Virus record (IMG/VR): IMGVR_UViG_3300035670_000018
Coordinates: 1 to 64,000 of that record
Length of the DNA stretch: 64,000 nt
Source: a virus
Reading direction: 5' to 3' (one strand)
The position numbers were made by a program, and so were the translations under genes. Position 1 is the stretch's first letter, and the number at the start of each line of letters is the position of its first letter. Below, one piece after another: positions 48,160 through 58,257 of the stretch. The notes beneath the pieces were generated by a model. The model searched no databases. It worked only from the letters and a program-made list of their open reading frames with translations, and had not been told where the DNA came from.

Positions 48160-48834
48160 ATGGAAAAATACGGTTTTATATATCTTTGGTATGACAAGAA
48201 ACATAAAATGTACTATTTGGGCTGTCACTGGGGAACTGAAAATGATGGATATATCTGTTCTTCTAATAGAATGAGAGATGCTTATAGAAGAAGACCGCAA
48301 GACTTCAAAAGACGTATAATACAAAAAAATATTCTTAAGGAAAATCTACTTTCGATAGAGCATAAATGGTTATCTCTCATAGATGAAAGTGAGTTACAAA
48401 CAAAATACTATAATCGATATACAACAAATACTGCATTACGGTTGGCTTGGGCAGCTTCTAAAGGAAGAAAACAAACTCAAGAAGAAATATCCAAAAGAGT
48501 GACGTCTAATACAGGTAAAAAACGCACTGAAGAAACAAAACGCAAGATTTCTGAGAGTAATAAAGGCAAAGTTATGGGTCCTTTATCTGAAGAACACAAA
48601 CAAAAGTTGAGTGTATCTTTATCTGGCAAAAACAATCCGTTTTATGGAAAACAACACGATCCAGAAAAGAAAAAAGAAATGAGTGCTAAAGCAAGCGCAA
48701 CATTGAAAGGTAAGAAACCTAAAAATCTTGATATGTTTGTTGGCAGTTTTTGGTGGAACAACGGCATGATAAATAAAAGAAGCAAACTTTGTCCAGGAAA
48801 TAATTGGACAAAAGGTAAATTAAAGAAAGTTTAG
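48160..48834 (+). mobile_element. Free-standing GIY-YIG homing endonuclease (Seg-like) with NUMOD3 repeats
   Basis: GFIYLW......YYLGCH; R.EETKRKISES, SEEHKQKLS..G..NPFYGK.H; own RBS; inserted between gp13 and gp14. Confidence 0.88.
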
Positions 48835-48836
48835 CC

Positions 48837-49709
48837 GTGGCAACGTCCGTATATCTAAACAACTACTCAGTTGGTGTAATCAACGAACAAAGACTTCTGG
48901 AAGATTTGATTACCGAATCAATTCATCTAATGGGGCATGACTGCTATTACATTCCAAGAGATTCCTACAATGGTGATGACGAGATATACGGTGAGACCAT
49001 AAACGCAAAGTTCTCTCGCGCATACACAATGGAAATGTACATTGCTAACGTTGAAGGTTACGAAGGCGATGGTGACTTCTTCTCTAAGTTTGGCCTAGAA
49101 ATTCGTGATACTTCAAATTTTGTTCTATCACGCAAGACATTCAATAAGTATATTCCAAGCAACATAGCTGCAAGACCTAGAGAAGGTGATCTGATATACG
49201 TTCCTGTTATGCGAAAGATTTTTGAAATCAAGTTTGTGGAAGAAGAATTGCTATTCTTCTCTATAGGTAAGCGTAATCCTTACATGTACGAATTGCGCTG
49301 TGAACTATTCCGCTTTTCTGATGAGAACTTTGACACAGGCGTTGAGGAAATTGATGATGTGGAATCAGAAAACTCATATACAATAGAACTGGCCCTTGGT
49401 ACAGGCACAGGTAACTATCAGTCTGGAGAACTTGTGTATCAGGGTGCTAACGTTGCATCATCTAACACAAAAGCATATGTTACAGATTACAATCCAACGA
49501 CAAAGAAGATTACGCTTCATAATATTGTTGGAACATTTGCAACAGCTACAAATCTACGTGGTGCTACATCTAATGCTGTATATGTTGTAACATCTACGGA
49601 CGTTCTAGGAGACTATGTATTCTATGATCAATCTGATAACAAGAATTTCCAGAATGAGGCAGCATTGTTTATAGACCTATCAGAAATCAATCCATTTGGA
49701 AATCCATAA
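48837..49709 (+). CDS. 14: Neck protein gp14
   Basis: EQRLLEDL..ESI...G....YIPR, GDFFSKFGLEIRD, RPREGDLIY.P, FEIKFVE, E.NPFG. Confidence 0.93.
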   Translation: MATSVYLNNYSVGVINEQRLLEDLITESIHLMGHDCYYIPRDSYNGDDEIYGETINAKFSRAYTMEMYIANVEGYEGDGDFFSKFGLEIRDTSNFVLSRKTFNKYIPSNIAARPREGDLIYVPVMRKIFEIKFVEEELLFFSIGKRNPYMYELRCELFRFSDENFDTGVEEIDDVESENSYTIELALGTGTGNYQSGELVYQGANVASSNTKAYVTDYNPTTKKITLHNIVGTFATATNLRGATSNAVYVVTSTDVLGDYVFYDQSDNKNFQNEAALFIDLSEINPFGNP

Positions 49710-50716
49710 TGTTCGGAACACACTTCTATCATAAGCTAATGAGAAAATACGTTGTACTTTTTGGCACAATGTTCAATAACATCACTCTTGTTCGTACTAA
49801 TACAGATACAAACACTGAGATTGAACGAGTAAAAGTTCCTATTGTTTATGGTCCAAAAGAAAAGTATATCTCAAGACTTCGTTCTGATCCTGATTTACAG
49901 AAGCAAATTCAAGTAAGACTTCCACGCATGTCGTTTGAACTTTCCGGCATATCTTATGACGCATCAAGAAAGCAGAATTCTTTATTAAAAGTGGCTAAAA
50001 GTAGTTCTGGAACAGCAGCACAATCGTCTTACATGGCCGTGCCTTATGATCTAAATTTTGACTTGACAATGTATACTAGAAACATAGATGATGGCAATCA
50101 GATTATAGAACAGATATTGCCAATTTTCAATCCTGACTATACAGTTACCATAAATCCTATTTCATCTCTTGGTGTTCTAAAAGATGTTCCTATCATAATG
50201 AATTCTGTGTCAAATCAAGTTGAATATGAAGGAAACTTTGACAGCGTTAGATTTGTGTTCTGGACACTATCATTCACAATGAAAGCACATTTCTATGGGC
50301 CAGTTACAAATCCAAAGATTATTCGCAAGGTCATCGCAAACATATTCAACGATCCTACACTACAGGCTGGCTATGTTACAAGACTAAATCTTGTCAGTGG
50401 TAACAATGGTAAGTTTCTGCAAGATGACATTGCTTATCAGGGAGATAACTACAACTCTGCAAACGCATACGGCATTGTATTGAGTTGGTCAGCTAATACA
50501 GGAAAACTTGCATTGGGTGGTGTGCAAGGACAGTTCAAGTTAAATAATACCATCAGAGGACTATCATCTAATGCTGCATTTCAGTTGGACAGCTTTGATA
50601 TCGCACCTCTCAAACTTTCAAAGATTACTATTCAACCTGATCCTATCACTGCTGAACCTGGTGATGATTATGGCTATGATATTGACATTGAGGAATGGCC
50701 TGACATAAATGAGTAA
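49709..50716 (+). CDS. 15: Tail sheath stabilizer/completion protein gp15
   Basis: FYH...RKYV..FG..FN.I, VPI.YGPKEK, LPRMSFE, QI.EQILP.F.P. Confidence 0.93.
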   Translation: MFGTHFYHKLMRKYVVLFGTMFNNITLVRTNTDTNTEIERVKVPIVYGPKEKYISRLRSDPDLQKQIQVRLPRMSFELSGISYDASRKQNSLLKVAKSSSGTAAQSSYMAVPYDLNFDLTMYTRNIDDGNQIIEQILPIFNPDYTVTINPISSLGVLKDVPIIMNSVSNQVEYEGNFDSVRFVFWTLSFTMKAHFYGPVTNPKIIRKVIANIFNDPTLQAGYVTRLNLVSGNNGKFLQDDIAYQGDNYNSANAYGIVLSWSANTGKLALGGVQGQFKLNNTIRGLSSNAAFQLDSFDIAPLKLSKITIQPDPITAEPGDDYGYDIDIEEWPDINE

Positions 50717-51131
50717 GACAGATAAAGCACTAAGCGAAGCACTTGGTATTGAAAACGCAATGGAAATCATACCACCAAAGCAAGTAGAAGTCATCAATAC
50801 TCCACATGAAGATGATGATATCAAAGCTGACTATAATCTGTCTCGCAGAACTTTTAGGTCGCTGATAGATAAAGGCAATGCTGCTATGGAAAATCTGACT
50901 GATCTGGCCAAAGAATCTGAAAGCCCACGCGCGTATGAAGTTCTAGCTACCATGATGAGAACCATAGCTGACACCACGAAAGACCTTTACGATTTACAAA
51001 AGAAAACAAAAGATTTGAAATGTGATGATAAAAAAGAACAACCAAATGTTACAGTGGAAAAAGCTGTGTTTGTCGGTTCACCTTCCGATTTGTTGAAAAA
51101 GATTAAGGAAGAGCAAAAGTCAAGTGAGTAA
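50709..51131 (+). CDS. 16: Terminase small subunit gp16
   Basis: DY..SR, LAKESESPRAYEV, AVFVGS.SDL. Confidence 0.92.
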   Translation: MSKTDKALSEALGIENAMEIIPPKQVEVINTPHEDDDIKADYNLSRRTFRSLIDKGNAAMENLTDLAKESESPRAYEVLATMMRTIADTTKDLYDLQKKTKDLKCDDKKEQPNVTVEKAVFVGSPSDLLKKIKEEQKSSE

Positions 51132-52776
51132 AGGTTATAACAATAATCCGAATCTCCCGCGCGAAGACTTTTTACACGCATTCACGCAGGCTGAACTAGA
51201 CGAGTTTATCAAGTGTTCACAAGATCCTGTGTACTTTGCTTGCACATATATGCGTATTATCAACGTTGACCGCGGTCTTATGCCATTTGAGATGTGGGAC
51301 TTTCAGAAAGAAATGCTTACCACATTCCATGAAAACCGCTTCTCTATCTGTAAGCTTCCGCGTCAGGTAGGTAAGACTACAACCAGTGTTGCATTTTTGC
51401 TACACTTCATTCTCTTCAATGAAAATGTCAATGTAGCCATTCTTGCTAATAAGTCCGCAACAGCAAGAGAAATCATGGGCAGACTTCAGCTTGCCTTTGA
51501 GTATCTACCAAGATTCCTACAGCAGGGTGTCAAGGAATGGAACAAGGGTTCTATTGAACTTGCTAACGGTTCACGCGCGGTAGCTGACTCCACATCTGGT
51601 TCGTCTGTTCGTGGTAGATCGTTCAATGTCATTTTCCTTGACGAGTTTGCGTTTGTTCCAAACAATATCGCAGAAGCTTTCTTCATGTCTACATATCCTA
51701 CCATCTCATCTGGTAAGACAACTAAAGTTATTATCGTTTCTACACCTAACGGTCTGAATCTGTTCTATCGTATGTGGATTGAAGCACAAGAACAGCGCAG
51801 TCTATACAAGCCTATTGAGATCCACTGGAGCATGGTGCCTGGTAGAGATGAAGAGTGGAAAGAAGAGACTATTAGGAATACATCTCCGGATCAGTTCCGT
51901 CAAGAATTTGAGTGTGAGTTTATAGGTTCTACAAACACGCTTATTCATCCCGTCAAGCTTCGCTCACTTGTCTGGCACAATCCTATTCGTCAGGAAGGCA
52001 AGCTGGATATCTACAAAGATCCTGTACCAGGCAGAACTTACACAATGACAGTGGACGTGGCCGAGGGACAAGGCTTAGACTATTCTACATTTTCGATAAT
52101 AGACGTTACGGAAATACCATATCGTTTGGTAGCAAAATACAGAAACAACCAGATTTCACCACTGCTGTTTCCGACTATCATAGTACAAACAGCAAAGCTA
52201 TACAATGAAGCTTTCGTATTGGTAGAAATCAACTCCATTGGCCTACAGGTTTCAGACATTATTCATCATGAACTGGCCTATGAAAATCTGATCAAGATTG
52301 AAATGAAGGGTAAGCAGGGTCAGCAGCAAACACCCGGTTTCAAGAAGAAGATAGCATACGGTCTTAAGACCACCAATCAGTCTAAGATGATCGGATGCAC
52401 GAACCTGAAAACGCTCATTGAGAATGATAAACTGATAATCAATGACGCTCAGATGATTACCGAGTTGACTACGTTCTCAGCAGACAAGAAGACGTTCAAA
52501 GCCGAAGAAGGCAACAACGATGACTTGGTAATGACACTGGTACACTTTGGTTGGTTGTCAGCACAGAAGTATTTCCGTGAGAACATCAATAATGACATTC
52601 GTAAAGTCCTACAGCAGGAACAGCTTAATCTGATGGACCAAGACATTGTACCTATTGGAATCATAGATAATGGAATAGATGACCCATTTGATGAGAATAT
52701 GGACAAAGACTTGTGGGTAGAAGATAGGAAAAAGCTATTTCCATTTGATGATTACAACTGGTCATCCAAGCTATAA
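51124..52776 (+). CDS. 17: Terminase large subunit gp17
   Basis: Walker A PRQVGKTT, Walker B IFLDEFAF, STPNG, nuclease DVAEG...DYS and DDLVM. Confidence 0.97.
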   Translation: MSKGYNNNPNLPREDFLHAFTQAELDEFIKCSQDPVYFACTYMRIINVDRGLMPFEMWDFQKEMLTTFHENRFSICKLPRQVGKTTTSVAFLLHFILFNENVNVAILANKSATAREIMGRLQLAFEYLPRFLQQGVKEWNKGSIELANGSRAVADSTSGSSVRGRSFNVIFLDEFAFVPNNIAEAFFMSTYPTISSGKTTKVIIVSTPNGLNLFYRMWIEAQEQRSLYKPIEIHWSMVPGRDEEWKEETIRNTSPDQFRQEFECEFIGSTNTLIHPVKLRSLVWHNPIRQEGKLDIYKDPVPGRTYTMTVDVAEGQGLDYSTFSIIDVTEIPYRLVAKYRNNQISPLLFPTIIVQTAKLYNEAFVLVEINSIGLQVSDIIHHELAYENLIKIEMKGKQGQQQTPGFKKKIAYGLKTTNQSKMIGCTNLKTLIENDKLIINDAQMITELTTFSADKKTFKAEEGNNDDLVMTLVHFGWLSAQKYFRENINNDIRKVLQQEQLNLMDQDIVPIGIIDNGIDDPFDENMDKDLWVEDRKKLFPFDDYNWSSKL

Positions 52777-52779
52777 ATA
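52772..52779 (+). promoter_or_regulatory. T4 late promoter TATAAATA (gp18)
   Basis: Exact consensus upstream of gp18. Confidence 0.75.
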
Positions 52780-52835
52780 CTCATTTTTCTAAATAATGTA
52801 GAGACTTGAATTACTTTTCTTAAAGGAGAAACACG

Positions 52836-54563
52836 ATGGCATTTCAATTGTCACCAGGCGTAAATGTATCTGAAATTGACTTAACAACTATTGTACCTGC
52901 TGTAGGTACAACCGAGGGCGCTTTTGTAGGTAACTTCAATTGGGGTCCTTTAGAAGAAATTCGTACTATTTCTTCGGAAGTTGAACTAGTGGATACATTT
53001 GGTAAGCCAGATAACAACAATTTCGTAGACTTTTTTACAGCGGCCAACTTCTTGGCTTATGCTCGTAATCTAAAGATAGTCCGCGCTGGTGATAACTCAT
53101 CAGCTAAAAATGCTTCTATTGGTAATGGTATTTTGATTAAAAATTCTGATGATTATCTTTCAAACTATATCAATCAGGAAGCAGCTAATACTGCTGGTAT
53201 GTTTGCTGCTAAGTTTGCTGGTGATCTAGGTAACAGCTTGAAGGTTTCTCTATATGCAAATACAGATTATGTAGAAAGAGTAAATTGGAATAGCACAAGA
53301 TGGACTTATGCTGAACAGTTTAACGGTGCACCAAATACTTCTGTTTATGCTGCTGGTGTAAACGGTTTAAGAGACGAAATGCACATTATTGTTATTGACG
53401 AAGACGGTAGATTTACAGGAACAGCAAACAGCATTCTAGAAAAGTTTGCTTATGTATCTAAGGCTTCTGATGCTGTCACAAGCGATGGTTCATCAAACTA
53501 CTATGTAAACGTAATTAATGAACGTTCAAAGTACATCTATATCATTAATCATGCTCTAGATGTTACAAGTAACGTAACTGATACCTCTACATGGGGATCA
53601 TCTGCTGTTGGAACAACATTCACTGAAGGAGCAAGCAGCTATACAGTATCTCTATCAGGCGGTACAAATGGCGAAGTAGGTGATGATCAACGCATTCTTG
53701 GTTACGATAGATTTACCAATGCTGAAGAAGTTGATATTTCACTTGTTGTAACAGGTGGTGCAAACTTGGCTGTTGTTCAGCACTGCATTGACAATCTTGC
53801 AGAATTCCGTAAAGATTGCGTTGTATTCTGCTCACCAACAAGAGCAAACGTTGTTTCTGTAGGTATTTCAGATGCAGCAAACAATGTTATCTCATACCGT
53901 AACGCAATGGGACGTTCAACATCATATGCTGTCATGGATTCTTCTTGGAAGTATCAGTTTGACAAGTATAACAACGTATATCGTTGGGTTCCAATGAACG
54001 GCGACATTGCTGGTCTATGTGTAAGAACAGACTTTGAACGTGATCCATGGTTCTCACCAGCTGGTTTCAATCGCGGTCAAATCAAGAATCTTGTAAAGCT
54101 TTCATTTAATCCTGATAAGACAGATCGTGATGAACTTTACAAAAATGGTATCAACCCAATCGTTACATTCCGTGGAGAAGGTACAGTTCTATACGGTGAT
54201 AAGACAATGCTTACTCGTCCATCAGCATTTGATCGCATCAACGTTCGCCGTTTATTCATCGTACTTGAAAAGGCCATCGCAAGAGCAGCCAAGTATAGCT
54301 TGTTTGAATTCAATGATGAATTTACACGCGCACAGTTTGTTGCTTTGATTGAGCCATATCTACGCGATGTACAGGGTCGTCGTGGTATCTTTGATTTCCG
54401 CGTAGTATGTGATGAAACTAATAACACTCCTGAAGTAATCGACCGTAACGAATTTATTGGCGATATCTACATCAAACCAGCCAGAAGCATCAACTTTATC
54501 CAGTTGAACTTCATTGCTGTAAGAACTGGTGTTGCCTTTGAAGAAGTTGTAGGCAGATTTTAA
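52836..54563 (+). CDS. 18: Tail sheath protein gp18
   Basis: FQLSPGVNVSEIDLT, PWFSPAG.NRG, AFDRINVRRLF, IKPARSINFI.LNF. Confidence 0.97.
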   Translation: MAFQLSPGVNVSEIDLTTIVPAVGTTEGAFVGNFNWGPLEEIRTISSEVELVDTFGKPDNNNFVDFFTAANFLAYARNLKIVRAGDNSSAKNASIGNGILIKNSDDYLSNYINQEAANTAGMFAAKFAGDLGNSLKVSLYANTDYVERVNWNSTRWTYAEQFNGAPNTSVYAAGVNGLRDEMHIIVIDEDGRFTGTANSILEKFAYVSKASDAVTSDGSSNYYVNVINERSKYIYIINHALDVTSNVTDTSTWGSSAVGTTFTEGASSYTVSLSGGTNGEVGDDQRILGYDRFTNAEEVDISLVVTGGANLAVVQHCIDNLAEFRKDCVVFCSPTRANVVSVGISDAANNVISYRNAMGRSTSYAVMDSSWKYQFDKYNNVYRWVPMNGDIAGLCVRTDFERDPWFSPAGFNRGQIKNLVKLSFNPDKTDRDELYKNGINPIVTFRGEGTVLYGDKTMLTRPSAFDRINVRRLFIVLEKAIARAAKYSLFEFNDEFTRAQFVALIEPYLRDVQGRRGIFDFRVVCDETNNTPEVIDRNEFIGDIYIKPARSINFIQLNFIAVRTGVAFEEVVGRF

Positions 54564-54576
54564 TTGATAAAAAGCA

Positions 54577-54584
54577 TATAAATA
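54577..54584 (+). promoter_or_regulatory. T4 late promoter TATAAATA (gp19)
   Basis: Exact consensus upstream of RBS AGGAG. Confidence 0.78.
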
Positions 54585-54604
54585 TTCAGAAGGAGTAAAA
54601 ACAA

Positions 54605-55204
54605 ATGGCTTCATTTAACGTACAAGAATTTAGAGCGCAGATGACAGGTGACGGTGCTCGTCCTAACCTGTTTAACTGTGAACTACCATTCTTAGGAAAT
54701 CTATTAGGCACAGCAGCAGTTAAGTATAACTTCATGTGCCGCGCCGCTCAATTGCCTGGTTCCACTGTGAACCAGGTTCCTGTCAACTACTTTGGCCGTG
54801 AACTAAAGTTTGCAGGAAACCGTACATTCACTGAATGGACAGTTACAATTATCAACGACGAAGACTTTGTTATTCGCAACGCATTTGAACTATGGATGAG
54901 TAGACTGAACTCACACGTATCAAATCTTCGTTCTTCCAATTTTATTAGCCCAGCACAGTACCAGCAAGACGGTATTGTAACTCAGTTTGGCAAAGCTGAT
55001 GAAGTGTTGAAACTATACAAGTTCATCGGTATGTTCCCAATTGACATTTCTCCAATTGAACTTGATTGGGGTGCAAATGATACAATTGAAGAATATGCAG
55101 TGACATTTGCCTATCAGTGGTGGGAATCAGATACAACAGACAGTATTGCAACTTCTGGTGCGCCTTCTGTTCGTACTTCATTTACACCGCCGCTAGTTGG
55201 CTAA
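54605..55204 (+). CDS. 19: Tail tube protein gp19
   Basis: GARPNLF, AAQLPGS, GRELKFAG.RTF..WTVT..NDEDF..R.AFE.W, IEEY.VTF.YQWW. Confidence 0.96.
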   Translation: MASFNVQEFRAQMTGDGARPNLFNCELPFLGNLLGTAAVKYNFMCRAAQLPGSTVNQVPVNYFGRELKFAGNRTFTEWTVTIINDEDFVIRNAFELWMSRLNSHVSNLRSSNFISPAQYQQDGIVTQFGKADEVLKLYKFIGMFPIDISPIELDWGANDTIEEYAVTFAYQWWESDTTDSIATSGAPSVRTSFTPPLVG

Positions 55205-55209
55205 TATAT

Positions 55210-55238
55210 AAAAAGGAGGGGGTTTATTCCCCCTCCTA
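55210..55238. terminator. Stem-loop between gp19 and gp20
   Basis: AGGAGGGGG-TTTATT-CCCCCTCCT; A-tract upstream, no U-tract on the + strand. Confidence 0.6.
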
Positions 55239-55256
55239 TAACATGGAGAATTGTAG

Positions 55257-56993
55257 GTGGTCCAACTTTTTGGCTTTGAACTCTCACGTAAAAAAACGAA
55301 GCAAGAGCAAAATGCTTCACAACAGGATTCTAATAAGTCGTTTGCTTTACCGCAAAACGATGACGGTGCTGTAACTATTCAATCAGGTGCCTATTATGGC
55401 ACCTATGTTGACTTGGACGGTGTTGTTAGAAACGAAATAGAACTCATTACACGCTATCGTGAAATGTCAATGCAACCAGAGTTGGAAACAGCTATTGATG
55501 AGATTGTAAACGAAGCCATTGTAAACACTGCAAAAGACAAAGCAGTTGAAATCAATCTAGATGATTTGAAGCAACCGGAATCGGTAAAGAAGAAAATTCG
55601 TGATGAATTTGATATTGTTCTAAAGCTTCTTAACTTTGGTAACATGGGCCATGAGATTTTTCGTCGCTGGTATGTTGACGGTCGTATGTTCTATCATGTT
55701 ATCATTGACGAAGCAAGTACAGCTAAAGGCATTCAAGAACTAAGATACATTGACCCTCGTCGTATTCGCAAAATCCGTGAAATTCAAAAGACAAAAGATC
55801 CAAGAACTACCATAGACGTTATCAATAAGATTAACGAATACTATCTCTATAATGAGCGTGGTATTATTGGCGCGCATTCCAATCTTGGTGCTAAGATTGC
55901 CATTGATGCAATCATCAACATCAATTCAGGTTTGATGGATTCCAAGAGAGCGATGGTTCTCTCATATCTACACAAGGCCATCAAACCACTAAACAACTTG
56001 AGAATGATTGAAGATGCGACAGTTATATATCGTCTATCACGCGCTCCCGAACGCCGTATATTCTATATTGACGTTGGTAACATGCCAACCATCAAAGCGG
56101 AACAATACCTAAAAGATATCATGACCAAGTATCGTAACAAGTTGGTTTACGATAGCACAACAGGCGAAATCAAGGATGATCGTAAGCATCTTTCCATGCT
56201 TGAAGACTTCTGGTTACCTCGTCGTGAAGGCGGCAAAGGAACAGAAATCACAACTCTTCCTGGTGGTCAAAATCTAGGTGAACTGGAAGACGTTAAGTAT
56301 TTTGAACGTAAGCTATACAAAGCACTTGGCGTTCCTATTGGCCGTCTAGAACAGCAACCAGGTGGTGGTATTCTAGGTCGCTCAACTGAAATTACCAGAG
56401 ACGAATTGAAGTTCTCAAAGTTCATTGATAGACTACGTAACAAGTTCTCAACTTTGTTTGATGATATTCTTCGTGTCCAACTTATCATGAAGAAAGTTTG
56501 TACAGAAGAAGAGTGGAAAGAGTTCAAAGAAGATGTTTACTACGATTTCAAGAAAGACAACAACTTTGATGAGTTGAAAGAGTCTGAACTATTAATGAAT
56601 CGTATTGCTACGCTACAAGCAGTAGATCCATACGTAGGTCGTTATTATTCAATGCAGTGGGTTCGTAAGAATATTCTCATGATGGATGACGATGAGATTG
56701 AAGAAATCCAAGGTCAGATAGAAGAAGAGCAAGCAGCCAATACTCCAGTTGATGATCAGGGTAATCCATTGCCTACAGATGATCAAGGCAATCCATTACC
56801 ACCACAAGCACCGCAACCAAACATAGTTCCTCCTACACCAATTGAAGGAATGCTGCAACAGCAAATGTCTCAGCAGGGCGCACAAGCTGTTTATCAAGAT
56901 GGAACACAAAAAGACACCATGGATCCATTAGAGATGGGGCAAGCTGCTAATCGCAGAAGATTTGTCAATGATACTATGGAACCAGTAAGATGA
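55257..56993 (+). CDS. 20: Portal protein gp20
   Basis: FRRWYVDGR, SYLHKAIKP.N.LRMIED..VIYRLSRAPERRIFYIDVGN, EDFWLPRREGGKGTEITTLPGG. Confidence 0.97.
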   Translation: MVQLFGFELSRKKTKQEQNASQQDSNKSFALPQNDDGAVTIQSGAYYGTYVDLDGVVRNEIELITRYREMSMQPELETAIDEIVNEAIVNTAKDKAVEINLDDLKQPESVKKKIRDEFDIVLKLLNFGNMGHEIFRRWYVDGRMFYHVIIDEASTAKGIQELRYIDPRRIRKIREIQKTKDPRTTIDVINKINEYYLYNERGIIGAHSNLGAKIAIDAIININSGLMDSKRAMVLSYLHKAIKPLNNLRMIEDATVIYRLSRAPERRIFYIDVGNMPTIKAEQYLKDIMTKYRNKLVYDSTTGEIKDDRKHLSMLEDFWLPRREGGKGTEITTLPGGQNLGELEDVKYFERKLYKALGVPIGRLEQQPGGGILGRSTEITRDELKFSKFIDRLRNKFSTLFDDILRVQLIMKKVCTEEEWKEFKEDVYYDFKKDNNFDELKESELLMNRIATLQAVDPYVGRYYSMQWVRKNILMMDDDEIEEIQGQIEEEQAANTPVDDQGNPLPTDDQGNPLPPQAPQPNIVPPTPIEGMLQQQMSQQGAQAVYQDGTQKDTMDPLEMGQAANRRRFVNDTMEPVR

Positions 56994-57919
56994 TGAAGTT
57001 TGGTAACTTTATATCAGAATCGTTAGCTGCTGAAATCAAATCAGAGCCAAAAACAAACGCATCCAGAGAAGCAAGAAGACTTGGACTAACTTATATGGGT
57101 TTTGGCAGATATGCTGACTCTAAAGGTAAAATAGCATATACAGTAGATAACAATAGACTTGTGCCATACAAACATATAGAAGAAATTCAAAGTATGCATG
57201 ACAAAGCTAGAAGCACAAGTAATCCAAATAAATCCAAAGAGTTGATGGCTCAAGTTGATACTCATTCAAAAGTTTTATCAAAAAGAGAAGCAGAAGACAA
57301 TAAGATACTTAGCAAAAAAAGCAAAGAGATAATGGCTCTGAATAAAGAACTATACAAGTTCTATAAGCCTGGAATGTATGATGACGAAGAAATACGAGCA
57401 ATCGAAGAATACACTAATGATGCTTTTGGTCCTATAAATAGATTTCTTTACAAAGGTCATGATCCAGACACAGAACCAGAAGACGCTTCTTTTATAGAGA
57501 GTATGGTAGAAGCACTAGATTCAGCTTTCGAAGAAACACAAGCTCCATTTGCTTATACTGTATACACAGGTCTGAGTGAAAGATATAAAGCTGAAAAAAT
57601 AAAACCTGGTGGTGAATATATCTTCAGAGGTTATTTGTCTACTTCTATAGATTTCAATACAGCCATTGGTGGATTTACCGATTCGGACTGGGGCAATAAA
57701 AAACCTGTAGTTCTTCAAATAGATATTTCGAAGGGTCAAAAATCTATCTATGTTGATCCACTTTCTTCAAATACTGGTGAATTGGAAACTATGTTGCCTA
57801 GAGGATCAAGAGTAAAAATTATATCTGGTCCACATCAAATTGATTATGGTATACTAAATCCAGAAGCAGATCCGGTAACGATAAATCTTTTCCATTGTGT
57901 ATTGGTCGAAGATTTATAA
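56990..57919 (+). CDS. ADP-ribosyltransferase (VIP2/Alt-like fold), probably virion-packaged
   Basis: YT......IN..L, VYTG, GYLSTS, ELETMLPRG (ExE); N-terminal MKFGNFISE capsid-targeting-like leader. Confidence 0.75.
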   Translation: MMKFGNFISESLAAEIKSEPKTNASREARRLGLTYMGFGRYADSKGKIAYTVDNNRLVPYKHIEEIQSMHDKARSTSNPNKSKELMAQVDTHSKVLSKREAEDNKILSKKSKEIMALNKELYKFYKPGMYDDEEIRAIEEYTNDAFGPINRFLYKGHDPDTEPEDASFIESMVEALDSAFEETQAPFAYTVYTGLSERYKAEKIKPGGEYIFRGYLSTSIDFNTAIGGFTDSDWGNKKPVVLQIDISKGQKSIYVDPLSSNTGELETMLPRGSRVKIISGPHQIDYGILNPEADPVTINLFHCVLVEDL

Positions 57920-57922
57920 ATA
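57915..57922 (+). promoter_or_regulatory. T4 late promoter TATAAATA
   Basis: Exact consensus upstream of 57949. Confidence 0.75.
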
Positions 57923-57948
57923 TAAGAAATACGTAGGAGTTAAAACAA

Positions 57949-58251
57949 ATGTCAGTTAACAAAGCATTAAATAACATTCTAGAGAACAATCTAGATGAAA
58001 TGCGCCAAAACTTTTCCGCTGCTCTTTCTACAAAAGCAGTAGAAAAGCTTGAAGAGCGCAAGATGGAAATTGCCAAGAATTACTTTGGCCAGGTAATGGA
58101 ATCAACAGAACAGATTGATGAAGCTTTACCAGTAAAGTATTTTGATCGTCCTTTGCCAAATAAAACGCCGCTTGGTAAATTTGACAATGTTGTAAATAAA
58201 GCGATGAAGAGTGCAAAAAGTAAGAAAATGACTGCTGTAAAGAAGAAGTAA
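57949..58251 (+). CDS. Prohead core protein (gp67-like)
   Basis: F..AL..K..E.LEE.K.EIA..YF motif; position after the portal. Confidence 0.65.
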   Translation: MSVNKALNNILENNLDEMRQNFSAALSTKAVEKLEERKMEIAKNYFGQVMESTEQIDEALPVKYFDRPLPNKTPLGKFDNVVNKAMKSAKSKKMTAVKKK

Positions 58252-58257
58252 TACATC

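Noticed and set aside
48115-48836. Group I intron carrying the endonuclease
   Set aside because: Flanking genes look complete and the intergenic spaces (45 nt and 2 nt) are too short for an intron core
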